From Deltaproteobacteria bacterium (lineage in GTDB: Bacteria > Myxococcota_A > Polyangia > Fen-1088): 64,000 nucleotides of DNA. The notes below the pieces were generated by a model. It worked only from the letters and a program-made list of their open reading frames with translations, searched no databases and had not been told where the DNA came from. The DNA lies in assembly GCA_033763315.1 (NCBI GenBank), contig JANRKS010000011.1:188493-252492 (forward strand). The letters run 5' to 3'. Of the stretch, positions 26,954 to 37,853 are shown one piece after another. The stretch's first letter is position 1. Each line of letters begins with the position of its first letter. A program made the translations under genes and the position numbers.

Positions 26954-28213
26954 TTGAGCGCCGGCTTCAAATCATTCTCGTTCGCGGCCAAGCGGCGCCT
27001 ATTCCAACGGATGTGGTTGCTCGCTTTGTTGGTGGCTGCATCGTGTGGCGACGACTACCCCCCGTTCGAGGAAGCACAGCTTGACCGCGGGGGGCTCGAG
27101 CTCGCTCTCACAGTTGCGCCGGGCATCGCCATTGCAAGCATCGCCTATGAAATCGATGCGGCCTCGGGCGCGCGGGTTGCGTCCGGCAGTATCGATGTGA
27201 ACGATGTGGCCGCCACAGCTTCGATGCACATATCTGGCCTTCCGGCGGCGGCGGGGTATGAGGCGCGGTTTTCGGGTGCGACGCCGGATGGCAAAACGAA
27301 GTGCGAAGGCAAGGCGTCGTTCAACATCAGCGCTGGTTTAACAACGGCGGTGACGCTCAGGATGGATTGCCGCACAGCCAGTGACCGCGGCGGCGTCTCT
27401 GTTGTTGTCACGACCAACTTCTGTCCTCGCATCAATCTGCTGGTCATTGGCCCCACCAGCGCCGCATTTGGCAAAACCATCTCGGTGGCCGCAAACGTTA
27501 GCGATGACGATGGGACCACCCCAACCATCTTGTGGACGGCGACGGGCGGGCGTTTCGGCAACACGGCGCAAGCCAACACCACGTACACTTGCTCGAAGTC
27601 GGGCCCTCAGCGGCTGACGTTGACAGTGACTGACGGCGCGTGTTCGACCACAATGGTTGGTGACGTTCAGTGTGGCTCATGCGGGGCCGCCGACATCGAC
27701 GCCAATGGCGTGCTCGACTGTGAGGAGACCTCGGTCATAAACGGCGAATTCGCTGCTGACGTGGCGGCGTGGAATCTAGACGTTGGGGGAACGAAGCAGT
27801 TCTTTGCGGCGGACGGATTGGAGAGTGCCACTTCGGGGTCGATGCTCGTCGCGAATGCCAACATCGCTGACGTGGCCGGCTCCAGTTTGGCGGGGGTCAA
27901 CCAATGCGTTTCCATTGTGCCCGGAGCAAACTACCTGTTGATGAGTCAGATCCTCATCCCCGTCAACCAGTCGCCCGGCTTTGCCGCCAACAGCGTGTTC
28001 TTCTACGGCACGCCCAATTGCACGGGCGGCGTTTTGAACGTGTTTACGTCGCAAGCTGTGACCGTCACCAACAGTTGGACAAAACTTATCTCACGGCCTA
28101 CAGCACCCGCTGGCAGCCAATCTGCCTTGCTGCGTCTGGTTGTGGGCAAGAGTTTTCGGCAGCCAAGCCTGCAAGCGTTGTTCGACAACGTCCTGTTGCG
28201 CAGGGATCAATAG
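26954..28213 (+). CDS. Modular lipoprotein (beta-sandwich + Ig-like + CBM-like)
   Basis: Lipobox AASC; N-terminal half homologous to 6855..8372, C-terminal to 6081..6719 and 19392..21437; start may be ATG 27011. Confidence 0.75.
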   Translation: MSAGFKSFSFAAKRRLFQRMWLLALLVAASCGDDYPPFEEAQLDRGGLELALTVAPGIAIASIAYEIDAASGARVASGSIDVNDVAATASMHISGLPAAAGYEARFSGATPDGKTKCEGKASFNISAGLTTAVTLRMDCRTASDRGGVSVVVTTNFCPRINLLVIGPTSAAFGKTISVAANVSDDDGTTPTILWTATGGRFGNTAQANTTYTCSKSGPQRLTLTVTDGACSTTMVGDVQCGSCGAADIDANGVLDCEETSVINGEFAADVAAWNLDVGGTKQFFAADGLESATSGSMLVANANIADVAGSSLAGVNQCVSIVPGANYLLMSQILIPVNQSPGFAANSVFFYGTPNCTGGVLNVFTSQAVTVTNSWTKLISRPTAPAGSQSALLRLVVGKSFRQPSLQALFDNVLLRRDQ

Positions 28214-28334
28214 CGAGGTGGCATCGAGCGCAGGGGATTGGCCCGCGGAACAAAATCACACTTTGCGTGAAGGTTTGCCTGTCTTGGCTACATACTCAAC
28301 CTTGGACAGCTCGCTCACCAAGGAAGTTCGGCCC

Positions 28335-29381
28335 ATGCAACACATCTTGTTCCCACGATCCGTTCTGTTTTGTGCGGCCTTCATGTCGCTCGCGGCGTGC
28401 GCGGCCTCAAGCAGCAACAGCAACTCGAACGGGGGCGAGGGTGGCGAAGCGGTGGCGGGCTCGGGCGGCGCCCTGAACGGGCCGTCCAACGGCGGCGCAA
28501 ACACAGCGGGTGCCGGTGGCACGACTGACGCCGGCATGCCCAACGGGGGCGGTGGCGGGCCATCGGCGGGGGGCGCGGGCATGGGAGGCAATGCCGGTGG
28601 CAACACGGGCGGCGCGTCTTCACAAGGCGGATCGGCCGGCCGTAACTACTCAACGGACCCTGCGAGCTTCTTGGGCGAAAGCCGGTGTGGCCAAAGTGGC
28701 TTGAAACTCTGCGATGGCTTTGAAGGCGCCGCGATCGATACCGCCGTGTGGCAGCTGCAAAAGCAAGGCACGAACGTGGTTGAGCTTGTGTCCGATGAAC
28801 ACGCGCGCGGCAACAAAAGTGTGCACATCCGCGCCAACAACGGCTTCGGCAACCTGCGCACCACGAAGGTCTTCCCGATGCCCAACAACACGTATTGGGC
28901 GCGCATGTTCGTCAAAGTGAAGCGCTTCTCGACCGTCGATTGGGCGCATTGGACGATGGCCGAGGCCACGGGCGCGGGTGACGGCTCGTTGATTCGCGTC
29001 GGCGGTCAATACAACTCCGTCGACAAGAAGAACCGCTGGGGCGTTGGCTCCGATGGTGGTCCCACGGGCGATTGGACGCGGCACGATAAAGATCCCAATG
29101 GGGCGCCCGTCGAGCCTGCCGTGAATCGCTGGGTGTGCCTGGAATGGCTTCACGACGGCAAGAACAACGTCACGCGCTTCTTCGTGGATGCGCAAGAGCA
29201 CCCATCGCTCGCCACGAGCGCTACGAACGGCAACACAAGCAAGCCGAACGTGCCCTATGTGTTGCCGATGTTTGCTTCCGTGTGGTTCGGGTGGTGGCAA
29301 TACCAGGCCGACGCCGTGCCGTTCGATCTGTGGATCGATGAGCTTGCGATCGACGGCCAGCGCATCGGCTGCACCCTCTGA
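28335..29381 (+). CDS. Lipoprotein with Gly-rich linker and Cip1-like / polysaccharide-lyase-like jelly-roll domain
   Basis: Lipobox LAAC; CDGFE, WAHWT, RVGGQ, WVCLEW, DLWIDELAI..RIGC. Confidence 0.6.
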   Translation: MQHILFPRSVLFCAAFMSLAACAASSSNSNSNGGEGGEAVAGSGGALNGPSNGGANTAGAGGTTDAGMPNGGGGGPSAGGAGMGGNAGGNTGGASSQGGSAGRNYSTDPASFLGESRCGQSGLKLCDGFEGAAIDTAVWQLQKQGTNVVELVSDEHARGNKSVHIRANNGFGNLRTTKVFPMPNNTYWARMFVKVKRFSTVDWAHWTMAEATGAGDGSLIRVGGQYNSVDKKNRWGVGSDGGPTGDWTRHDKDPNGAPVEPAVNRWVCLEWLHDGKNNVTRFFVDAQEHPSLATSATNGNTSKPNVPYVLPMFASVWFGWWQYQADAVPFDLWIDELAIDGQRIGCTL

Positions 29382-29444
29382 CGCTAGCGCCCGTCACAAG
29401 CCACACGCACTTTGCCAAAGGCGTGTGCGATGCCAAAAGCGGTT

Positions 29445-30842
29445 TTAGATCGCGTGGGGTGTCAGCCGTTTGCGGCGCAGCTTCTCCACCAACGTCGTTC
29501 GGTTCAGCCCCAAAAGCTCGGCGGCTTTATTCTTGTTGCCGCCCGTGCGCTCAAGCGCTTCGGCGATCATGCGCTCTTCCACAGCCTCAAGAATGGTCTT
29601 CAGATCCGTGGCGCCTTCTTCGGGCAAACTTGGAATGGCGGCGTGGCCGTTGGTGGGCGTCACCAAGGTGGGCGTGCCCAAAGCGCGAATGTTCGACGGC
29701 AGGTCAGAAATGCCGATCTTGCCATTGCCCTTCATGATAACCAAGCGCTCGATGAGGTTCTCAAGCTCGCGGATGTTGCCGGGCCACGAGTGGCGCTTCA
29801 GCAAATCAAGCGCGGTGTTCTCCACCCCCAGCACTTGGCGGCGGTGGTGCTGGTTGGCGCGCTTCATGAAGTGCTCCACCAACAACGGTATGTCCGCGGG
29901 CCGCGAACGCAGCGCTGGCATCTCGATCGGAATGACATTCAAACGCCAATACAAATCAGAACGGAATCGACCGTGTTCCGCCTCAGAGCCCAGATCGCGG
30001 TTGGTGGCCGCGATCACGCGCACATCGATTTGCACGGGTGCCTCTTGGCCCACCGGGTAAAGCTCGCCCTCCTGGATCACGCGCAGCAGTTTTGCCTGCA
30101 CGCCCATCTCCATCTCGCCCACCTCGTCTAAGAAGATGGTGCCGCCATCGGCCTGGCCGAAGCGACCGGTGCGAGCCGCGTTGGCTCCGGTGAAGGCGCC
30201 TTTGGTGTGACCAAACAGTTCGCTTTCAACCAACGTTTCGGGAATCGCAGCACAGTTGACCGCCACAAACGGACTCTTGGAACGGGGCGAACCTGAAACG
30301 ATCGAGCGGGCCACAAGCTCTTTGCCAGTGCCTGATTCGCCCGTGATCAAAACGGTGCACGAGGTGTCAGCCACCTGGGCGATCATCGCCAACACGGGCA
30401 TGATGGCGGCGTCTTCGCCCAGTAACCAAGGTGCGTAACGATCTCGCCACGCCACGGGATCCAACGTTGGAGGAGGCGTTTTCTCAGAGAAGCCGAGGAC
30501 ATGTTCAAGCACTTCTTCAAGCGCTGGAAACTCGAACGGCTTGATCAAGAAGTCGCGTGCCCCCGCGCGCATAGCGCGAACCGCGTCCGGGATCTCGGCG
30601 CTGCCGCTCATGACGATCACCGGCGTCCCTGGCGTGTGGCGGCGAGCCGCTTCCAGAATTTCAAATCCGTTGACCTCGGGCATGCGAAGGTCCGTGACGA
30701 TTACGTCGAACTGTCCCGAGGCAATGTGGTCGAGGCCGCGCGGTCCGTCGGCCGTCACCACGTCGAACGATAAAGTGCGCAGCAGACGGGCTAAACCCCG
30801 GCACAGCGAATCTTCATCGTCGCAAAGCAAAAGTTTTCTCAC
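29445..30842 (-). CDS. NtrC-family sigma54 response regulator (REC-AAA-HTH)
   Basis: AGGAG before GTG 30842; LLCDDE, TDLRMP, GESGTGKE, GAFTGA, LGLNRTTLVEKL. Confidence 0.92.
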   Translation of the reverse strand: MRKLLLCDDEDSLCRGLARLLRTLSFDVVTADGPRGLDHIASGQFDVIVTDLRMPEVNGFEILEAARRHTPGTPVIVMSGSAEIPDAVRAMRAGARDFLIKPFEFPALEEVLEHVLGFSEKTPPPTLDPVAWRDRYAPWLLGEDAAIMPVLAMIAQVADTSCTVLITGESGTGKELVARSIVSGSPRSKSPFVAVNCAAIPETLVESELFGHTKGAFTGANAARTGRFGQADGGTIFLDEVGEMEMGVQAKLLRVIQEGELYPVGQEAPVQIDVRVIAATNRDLGSEAEHGRFRSDLYWRLNVIPIEMPALRSRPADIPLLVEHFMKRANQHHRRQVLGVENTALDLLKRHSWPGNIRELENLIERLVIMKGNGKIGISDLPSNIRALGTPTLVTPTNGHAAIPSLPEEGATDLKTILEAVEERMIAEALERTGGNKNKAAELLGLNRTTLVEKLRRKRLTPHAI

Positions 30843-31131
30843 CAGGGCTCCTGCGAGGGGAAGGATGGTGTAGGCAATGAGGTGACTAAGTCCGCGAAAT
30901 TTCGACGAAAGTCGGAAGCCAAGCCTTGTCATTGTGGCATAGCACCAGATTTTTGGTCAAGTAAGACTGTAAGGCGGCCGATGATTTGCGGGTTTCGCGC
31001 AAGCTTTGCGCGCTGCAGGGGCATGCAACGAGCCCAGCCGTTAGGGGAAGGGCCAAAAAGGAGGCTCTACTGCGGTCGGTTTTGCTGTCGTTTTGGCCGC
31101 GCGTTGCGGATTTGCTGAATACACTTGGCGC

Positions 31132-33000
31132 GTGATTGATCCCGCGAAATCTTTGCTGCTGCACTTTGAGCAGGCCCTTGCTGAACTTTCCAAAGCTGGC
31201 GCGGTGGGCGTGGACGTCAGCCTGCACCCGGCGCCGCCCCAAACAGACATTGTGGCCCAGCTGGCCACGCGGCTTGAACGCCCGGTTCCCGCCGGTGTGG
31301 CTGCGTTTTTCACGGCATACGATGGTGGCGTGATTTCCCGGCGGGCCGCCGGCGTCACCGAACCTTCCACGCCGTCAGAAGATCCGGAAGACACCGACGT
31401 GTTGGTACGCTTTATCAACCACGAAGAAGCTTTGGCGCTGGCGGAGCAGGGCGGCTCGTCGCTGAAGGGCCTGTGGCCGATCATGCAGCGGGGCGGCCAG
31501 ATCGTGGCGCTCGACGCCGAAAGTCCGGTGGCCGAAGAAGCCGAATGGCCCGTGGTGCAGGTGGCGGATCGAAGCGTGGATCGGCTGGGATCGTCCTTGC
31601 TGCGTTTTCTTCGCGTGTTGCTGGCCGAGGTGGCCTACGAGGTGAGCCTGCCTGACGAGCGACCCGTGCCTGGCGGCGCGATTGAACTTGAGCTTAAGAA
31701 GCGCCGCATGATCCTTGCCGAAAAGCGGTGCCATCTGGATCCGCAGCTGTCCGACCATTGGGTGGATTGGGCCGATTTGCTCGAAGAAGATGGCCAAAAG
31801 GCGGCCGCCCAAGCGACCCTGGAACGCGGGCTTACGGCGGCCAGCCAGCCTGGCCCAGCGCTGCTGGCAGGCCTGGGCTTTCGTGGCCTGTTGGTCAACG
31901 ATTTGGCCACGGCGCGCGCGGCGCTCGAAGACGCTGTCTCGCTCGAAGCGCTGACCGCGCGAGATGATGACGCACGCTTGGACGCGTCGGCGATGTTGTT
32001 GCTGATCGGCCTTGAAACCGGCGACACCCAACTGGCAAAGCGTTCGCGGAGCACGTTGAAGAACGCGATGGCCGCGACTGGTGCGTTCTGGCGCGCCGAG
32101 GCCGTGCGCGCCTTGGCCATGGGCGACAGCGCCCGCACGGATTTGGCCCTCCGTCTGCTGCGCATCCTGATTCCCGAGGACACCGACGCGGCTGTGATTG
32201 CCGAAAACTCTCCCGCCGTGCGCGCCTCTGTTGCGGCCATCATCAAATCGCGCACGGCCTTGGACGAAGGCGATTTCGACGCCGCCGCTCGGGCGGCCCG
32301 CGAAGCCATTGCCGCGTGCGGCAGCCTGGCGATGGCGCACGCTTTGTTGGCGGAATCGCTCAACGCTCTTCGCAGCAAGCAGGCGGGCGAGTACGCGCGC
32401 AAAGCCATTGCGCTTAACCCTTCGCTTGTTGACGGCTGGAGGGAGTTGGGTGACGCGCTGATGGAGGGGCGCGATCTTAACGAAGCCATCAAAGCCTTCG
32501 ATGAGGGCATCAAACGCGATCCGGCTTATGGTTTGCTGTTCGCAAAGAAGGCGCAGGCCCTGCTGGAGCTTGGCCGGCGCATCGAAGCTTTGGATGCGAT
32601 CGGCACCGCCTCGGAGCTGGGAGGCGACGCGTTCTTCCTGGCGGCCGTCAAAGGCGACATTCTCTCCGCGATGGAGCGCCACAAGGAAGCGGCCGAAAGC
32701 TACGACCAAGCGTTGATCTTCGAGCCCGAAGATCATTGGACCCTACATCAAGGTGCTTTGGAACACGCGCAAGCCGGCAACACCCAGCGCGCCGGCGAGC
32801 TGTTCGAATTGGCGCTCCGGTATGATCGCGATGGCTGCCACCAGACGTTGGTCGACTACGCTCAGCTGTTGCGCCAACAGGGGCGAATCGGTGACGCCGT
32901 ACGCCTGTACCGCAAGGCCGTGGCGGCTTCACCTCATGATCAACAGTGGCGCACGTGGCTCAAGGAAGCCGAAGCCGAGCTCAAAGCCGCGCCCAACTGA
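31132..33000 (+). CDS. SMI1/KNR4-like N-terminal domain fused to TPR repeats
   Basis: L.RPVPAGVAAFFTAYDGG, IVALDA, EWPVVQ, SLLRFL; C-terminal TPR helices; start uncertain (31093 or 31132). Confidence 0.65.
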   Translation: MIDPAKSLLLHFEQALAELSKAGAVGVDVSLHPAPPQTDIVAQLATRLERPVPAGVAAFFTAYDGGVISRRAAGVTEPSTPSEDPEDTDVLVRFINHEEALALAEQGGSSLKGLWPIMQRGGQIVALDAESPVAEEAEWPVVQVADRSVDRLGSSLLRFLRVLLAEVAYEVSLPDERPVPGGAIELELKKRRMILAEKRCHLDPQLSDHWVDWADLLEEDGQKAAAQATLERGLTAASQPGPALLAGLGFRGLLVNDLATARAALEDAVSLEALTARDDDARLDASAMLLLIGLETGDTQLAKRSRSTLKNAMAATGAFWRAEAVRALAMGDSARTDLALRLLRILIPEDTDAAVIAENSPAVRASVAAIIKSRTALDEGDFDAAARAAREAIAACGSLAMAHALLAESLNALRSKQAGEYARKAIALNPSLVDGWRELGDALMEGRDLNEAIKAFDEGIKRDPAYGLLFAKKAQALLELGRRIEALDAIGTASELGGDAFFLAAVKGDILSAMERHKEAAESYDQALIFEPEDHWTLHQGALEHAQAGNTQRAGELFELALRYDRDGCHQTLVDYAQLLRQQGRIGDAVRLYRKAVAASPHDQQWRTWLKEAEAELKAAPN

Positions 33001-33091
33001 AATTTTTTCCACAGGGCATCGCGTTTCGCCTCCGTTTCAGCTTAAGGTCGCCAAGTTGGCCTTGGGTGTTGGAAGGAGCTACGCTTAATAC

Positions 33092-34492
33092 ATGAGCGGT
33101 CAGTCGTTGCCATTGGTAGCGATGCCAGCCGCAACGGGGGGCATTCAAAAGCCACCCGCCGGTCCTGAGGCAACGCGACACAGAGAACTCCTTGATGGTG
33201 AGTTCTGGCGGCGCATACCTGCGTACGCCGATGTGGGTGCCTCCGACTTCATGGATCACCAATGGCAGGCCAAGCACAGCATCACCAGCACGGGCAAGTT
33301 GCTGGCCACGGTGCAGGCCTTGGTGCCGGCCAGCTTCATCGCCGACGCTGAAGAAGGCTTTCGGCGCGCGCCGATGTCGGTGCGGGTGTCGCCGTATCTG
33401 TTGTCGCTCATCGACTGGAGCCGGCCCGTGGCCGATCCCCTTCGCATGCAGTTCATTCCGTTGGCCAGCTCGCGGCTGCCGGATCACCCCGAAGTGGATC
33501 TGGATTCGCTGCACGAGCGCAAAGACGCGCCTGTGCCGGGGCTCACGCACCGCTATGCCGATAAGGCCTTGTTTCTGCCGCTTGATATGTGCCCGGTCTA
33601 TTGTCGCTTCTGCACACGCAGCTACGCGGTGGGGCGCGACACCGAAGAGGTCACGAAATTTCAGTTGCGGGCCAACCCTGAGCGCTGGAACCAGGCCTTC
33701 GCTTACATCGCTTCTCGGCCTGAGCTTGAAGACATCGTGATCTCGGGCGGCGATTCGTACCAGCTGCGCCCCGATCAACTTGAGCACATCGGCAAAACCT
33801 TGCTGGCGATGCCCAACATTCGACGCATGCGGTTTGCCACCAAGGGGCCTGCGGTGATGCCGCAAAAGATCCTCACCGATCACGAGTGGACCGATGCCTT
33901 GACGCGTGTGGTGGAGCAGGGGCGCCGCCAACACAAAGACGTGGTTCTGCACACGCATTTCAATCATCCGAACGAGATCACGGCGATCACGCAGCAGGCG
34001 ATGAACCGGCTGTTTGAGCGCGGGATTTACGTGCGCAACCAAACCGTGCTGCAACGTCATGTGAACGACGACGCCGAAACGATGACCTTGCTGGTCAAGC
34101 GTTTGTCGTTCGTCAACGTGCACCCCTATTACGTTTATCAACACGATATGGTCAAGGGCGTCGAGGATCTGCGAACACCGCTGTCCACGATCTTGAATTT
34201 GGAACGCCGGGTGCGCGGCTCCACCGCCGGCTTCAACACGCCCACGTTCGTGGTTGACGCCCCAGGTGGCGGCGGCAAACGCGACGCTCACTCCTACGAG
34301 CACTACAACCCCATCACGGGCGTGTCTGTGTGGTCGAGCCCCGCGGTCAAAGCGGACGAGATGTTCTTCTACTTCGACCCGCTCGACACTTTGCCGCCCG
34401 AGGGGCAACGACGTTGGGACGATCCGGCCCAGCACCAATTGATGATGGACGAGGCCTTGGCGGCGGCTCGTCAATTCTCCGGGCACCGATAG
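33092..34492 (+). CDS. kamA: KamA-family radical SAM enzyme (lysine 2,3-aminomutase-like)
   Basis: GLTHRY.DK, CPVYCRFCTR, ISGGD, HFNHP, NQTVL, PYY, DAPGGGGK. Confidence 0.88.
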   Translation: MSGQSLPLVAMPAATGGIQKPPAGPEATRHRELLDGEFWRRIPAYADVGASDFMDHQWQAKHSITSTGKLLATVQALVPASFIADAEEGFRRAPMSVRVSPYLLSLIDWSRPVADPLRMQFIPLASSRLPDHPEVDLDSLHERKDAPVPGLTHRYADKALFLPLDMCPVYCRFCTRSYAVGRDTEEVTKFQLRANPERWNQAFAYIASRPELEDIVISGGDSYQLRPDQLEHIGKTLLAMPNIRRMRFATKGPAVMPQKILTDHEWTDALTRVVEQGRRQHKDVVLHTHFNHPNEITAITQQAMNRLFERGIYVRNQTVLQRHVNDDAETMTLLVKRLSFVNVHPYYVYQHDMVKGVEDLRTPLSTILNLERRVRGSTAGFNTPTFVVDAPGGGGKRDAHSYEHYNPITGVSVWSSPAVKADEMFFYFDPLDTLPPEGQRRWDDPAQHQLMMDEALAAARQFSGHR

Positions 34493-34548
34493 CCCAGGGC
34501 CGTTTATTACGCCCGCCCGGGGGCGGCGGCGTGGGGTACACTGACGCG

Positions 34549-35340
34549 ATGTCTGGTTGTACCAATTGCGGCAGCAAGGGCGGATGCGACTCCCGCAAAA
34601 CCGGGATGATGGAACAAGTTAACGCTGCCCTGGAGCGCCTTTACCCCACGAGGCGCTGGCACGAGCGAGCCAACGAACAAGCTCTCACCGCGGGCGTGGC
34701 CGAGGAGGAGGGGCGTCTTCTGGCGCGGGCGCTGGCGGAAAAGTTGAAGGCCTTTGCGCTTTATAAGCCTGGCGCCGAGGAGGATTTCAGCGATTACATT
34801 TACGTCCTGTGTTTTGGGCGGCAACCCAGCGCCCTTGAGGTGCGCGAGGGCCTCGCGAGCCTCGACGATTTCGTCGCGCAGGCGCCCGAGGGACAGGAGT
34901 CGGGGATCACCGAGGTTTACCTGCGCGTGGCCTTATCCTCATTGGCCCCGTTCGCCGCTGTCCAAGAGGTGCGCGTTTCGCTGTCGCCATGGGGGCAGGG
35001 CGCACACGAACCCTCGGCGCAAGCCTTTGTGGAAGAACACGTGCGCGCCGGCGTCTTTGATCCGATTTTGTTGCCGCGCTATCAGAAGTTGGTGGCCGTT
35101 TTGGCGGAGCAAAACATCCGCAACATCGACTTTGGTGAGATCAACGCCGCCCCGGCAGACTTTGATGGGGCGGCCCACGAAGAGATGTTTGGCACGGAGG
35201 CCACAACGGCCAACTACCTGTTTTTTGCTGGACCAACGGCAGGCATCGCCGCCGAACTGGTCACCGCACGAGGGGCACACGCAGGACGAAACACCATTGA
35301 AACTTTCGCTGAAAGTGCGCCGTCGCCCACGTTGGCGTGA
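34549..35340 (+). CDS. Hypothetical protein with N-terminal CxxC-x5-C motif
   Basis: MSGCTNCGSKGGCDSRK at ATG 34549; plausible globular composition. Confidence 0.6.
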   Translation: MSGCTNCGSKGGCDSRKTGMMEQVNAALERLYPTRRWHERANEQALTAGVAEEEGRLLARALAEKLKAFALYKPGAEEDFSDYIYVLCFGRQPSALEVREGLASLDDFVAQAPEGQESGITEVYLRVALSSLAPFAAVQEVRVSLSPWGQGAHEPSAQAFVEEHVRAGVFDPILLPRYQKLVAVLAEQNIRNIDFGEINAAPADFDGAAHEEMFGTEATTANYLFFAGPTAGIAAELVTARGAHAGRNTIETFAESAPSPTLA

Positions 35341-35447
35341 TTATTCCCCCTTCATGCAGGTCCGCCCCTAGACGTACGGCCCTGATTCGTTATTCTCGTG
35401 TGGCATCAACGCCACTTAAGTGTCGATTTGGCCTGGAGGAATCGCTC

Positions 35448-36737
<1,290 letters not shown>

Positions 36738-36790
36738 CGAAACTTCATGGTCATGGGGCCGTTGTGGCCCTCCTGATGTTTGGAGGCCGT

Positions 36791-37849
36791 ATGGCGTCGA
36801 TCAAGATTTCGGCACAAGCGTACAGCTCTTCAGGTTGGCGTACTTTGTTTTGGCTCGTGCCGGTATCGGTTTTGGCGCCTGCGCTTGGGTTTGTGGTGCT
36901 GCGCGATCGTGTGGCAGATGGGGCGCGCTTGGCGCCGTTCTTGAGCCTTCCCACCCTCGCTGTGGTGTTCTTCCTGTTCTACGGCATGCGGCGGCGGGAG
37001 ATCAGTCTTACCGTGCAAGGGCGCTTGGTGAGCATCGCAGGGTGGCGTCGGTCAGGATACGAAGGCAACGTCACGCGGATCGAGCTAGTGCCGTGGATCA
37101 TGCCCGGGCTGGGCGTGGCCGAGGGCGCGGTGGCGTGTTTGCACTTCCACGACGGCACGCGCTTTTCCGTGGGCGCGTGGGGCTATGCCGCGCCCAAAGC
37201 AACAGGCAGCACGAACAGCGCCGATTGCTTCGTGGACGCAAAAACGCTGGCGTCCTTGCTGGTGGCTATGGGGGAGCCGAACCAGGCGGAAAAGCCCTTG
37301 GAGCATGAATCCAGTTTCACCTTGGTGAAGTACGGAGGGGTGGCAAGCGCGCTTGGCGGCATGAAGTGGTGGTTTGGCACGATGGCGTTCCTAGGCGTTT
37401 TCGGCGCTGTCTTCGGCGAACGACTCATGCAACGACCCTGGGGCGTGGCCGTTGTGGGCGTTGTGAGCTTGCTTGCGATTGGCGTGGGTCTGGCCAAATC
37501 ATTCGCTCACAGCGCGCGTGAAAAGCCCAAGTACACGTTCACACTGGGCAAGGGCGTGGTGTGTTTGCGGGACGCCAACGCAGCCACGCTGTGGGAATCG
37601 CCGCAGGCCAGCCTGGCCCCAACACGTGAAACCTATGTTTACCGCACCAAATACGGCAGCCATCGGTTTCCCGTTCTGGTTCTCAGCGGTCCCTTGTCCA
37701 CCTTGCGGTTGGGCGTGTGGAATCCGCAAGCGGGATGGCAGCAGGGCGATGCGCGCGATGGCGCCGCTCCTCAATATCTGGTGGCGTCGCCAGATTGGGA
37801 ACGGTTGGTATCGGCGCTGGCGGCGGGGGCGGGGCGGGCATACCCTTAA
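36791..37849 (+). CDS. Hypothetical membrane protein (two TM-pair plus soluble units)
   Basis: GGAGG before ATG 36791; four hydrophobic helices. Confidence 0.6.
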   Translation: MASIKISAQAYSSSGWRTLFWLVPVSVLAPALGFVVLRDRVADGARLAPFLSLPTLAVVFFLFYGMRRREISLTVQGRLVSIAGWRRSGYEGNVTRIELVPWIMPGLGVAEGAVACLHFHDGTRFSVGAWGYAAPKATGSTNSADCFVDAKTLASLLVAMGEPNQAEKPLEHESSFTLVKYGGVASALGGMKWWFGTMAFLGVFGAVFGERLMQRPWGVAVVGVVSLLAIGVGLAKSFAHSAREKPKYTFTLGKGVVCLRDANAATLWESPQASLAPTRETYVYRTKYGSHRFPVLVLSGPLSTLRLGVWNPQAGWQQGDARDGAAPQYLVASPDWERLVSALAAGAGRAYP

Positions 37850-37853
37850 GATC

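Noticed and set aside
29421-29435. GG-N10-GC sigma54-like motif on the minus strand
   Set aside because: Points into the 3' end of a + strand gene, with no gene to drive, and lacks TTGC
29412-30131. + strand ORFs opposite the NtrC-type regulator
   Set aside because: Antisense shadows of a conserved AAA+ gene
31375-34486. Long minus-strand ORFs 31375..32736 and 32981..34486
   Set aside because: Antisense to the well-supported TPR and KamA genes; common in high-GC DNA; no motifs
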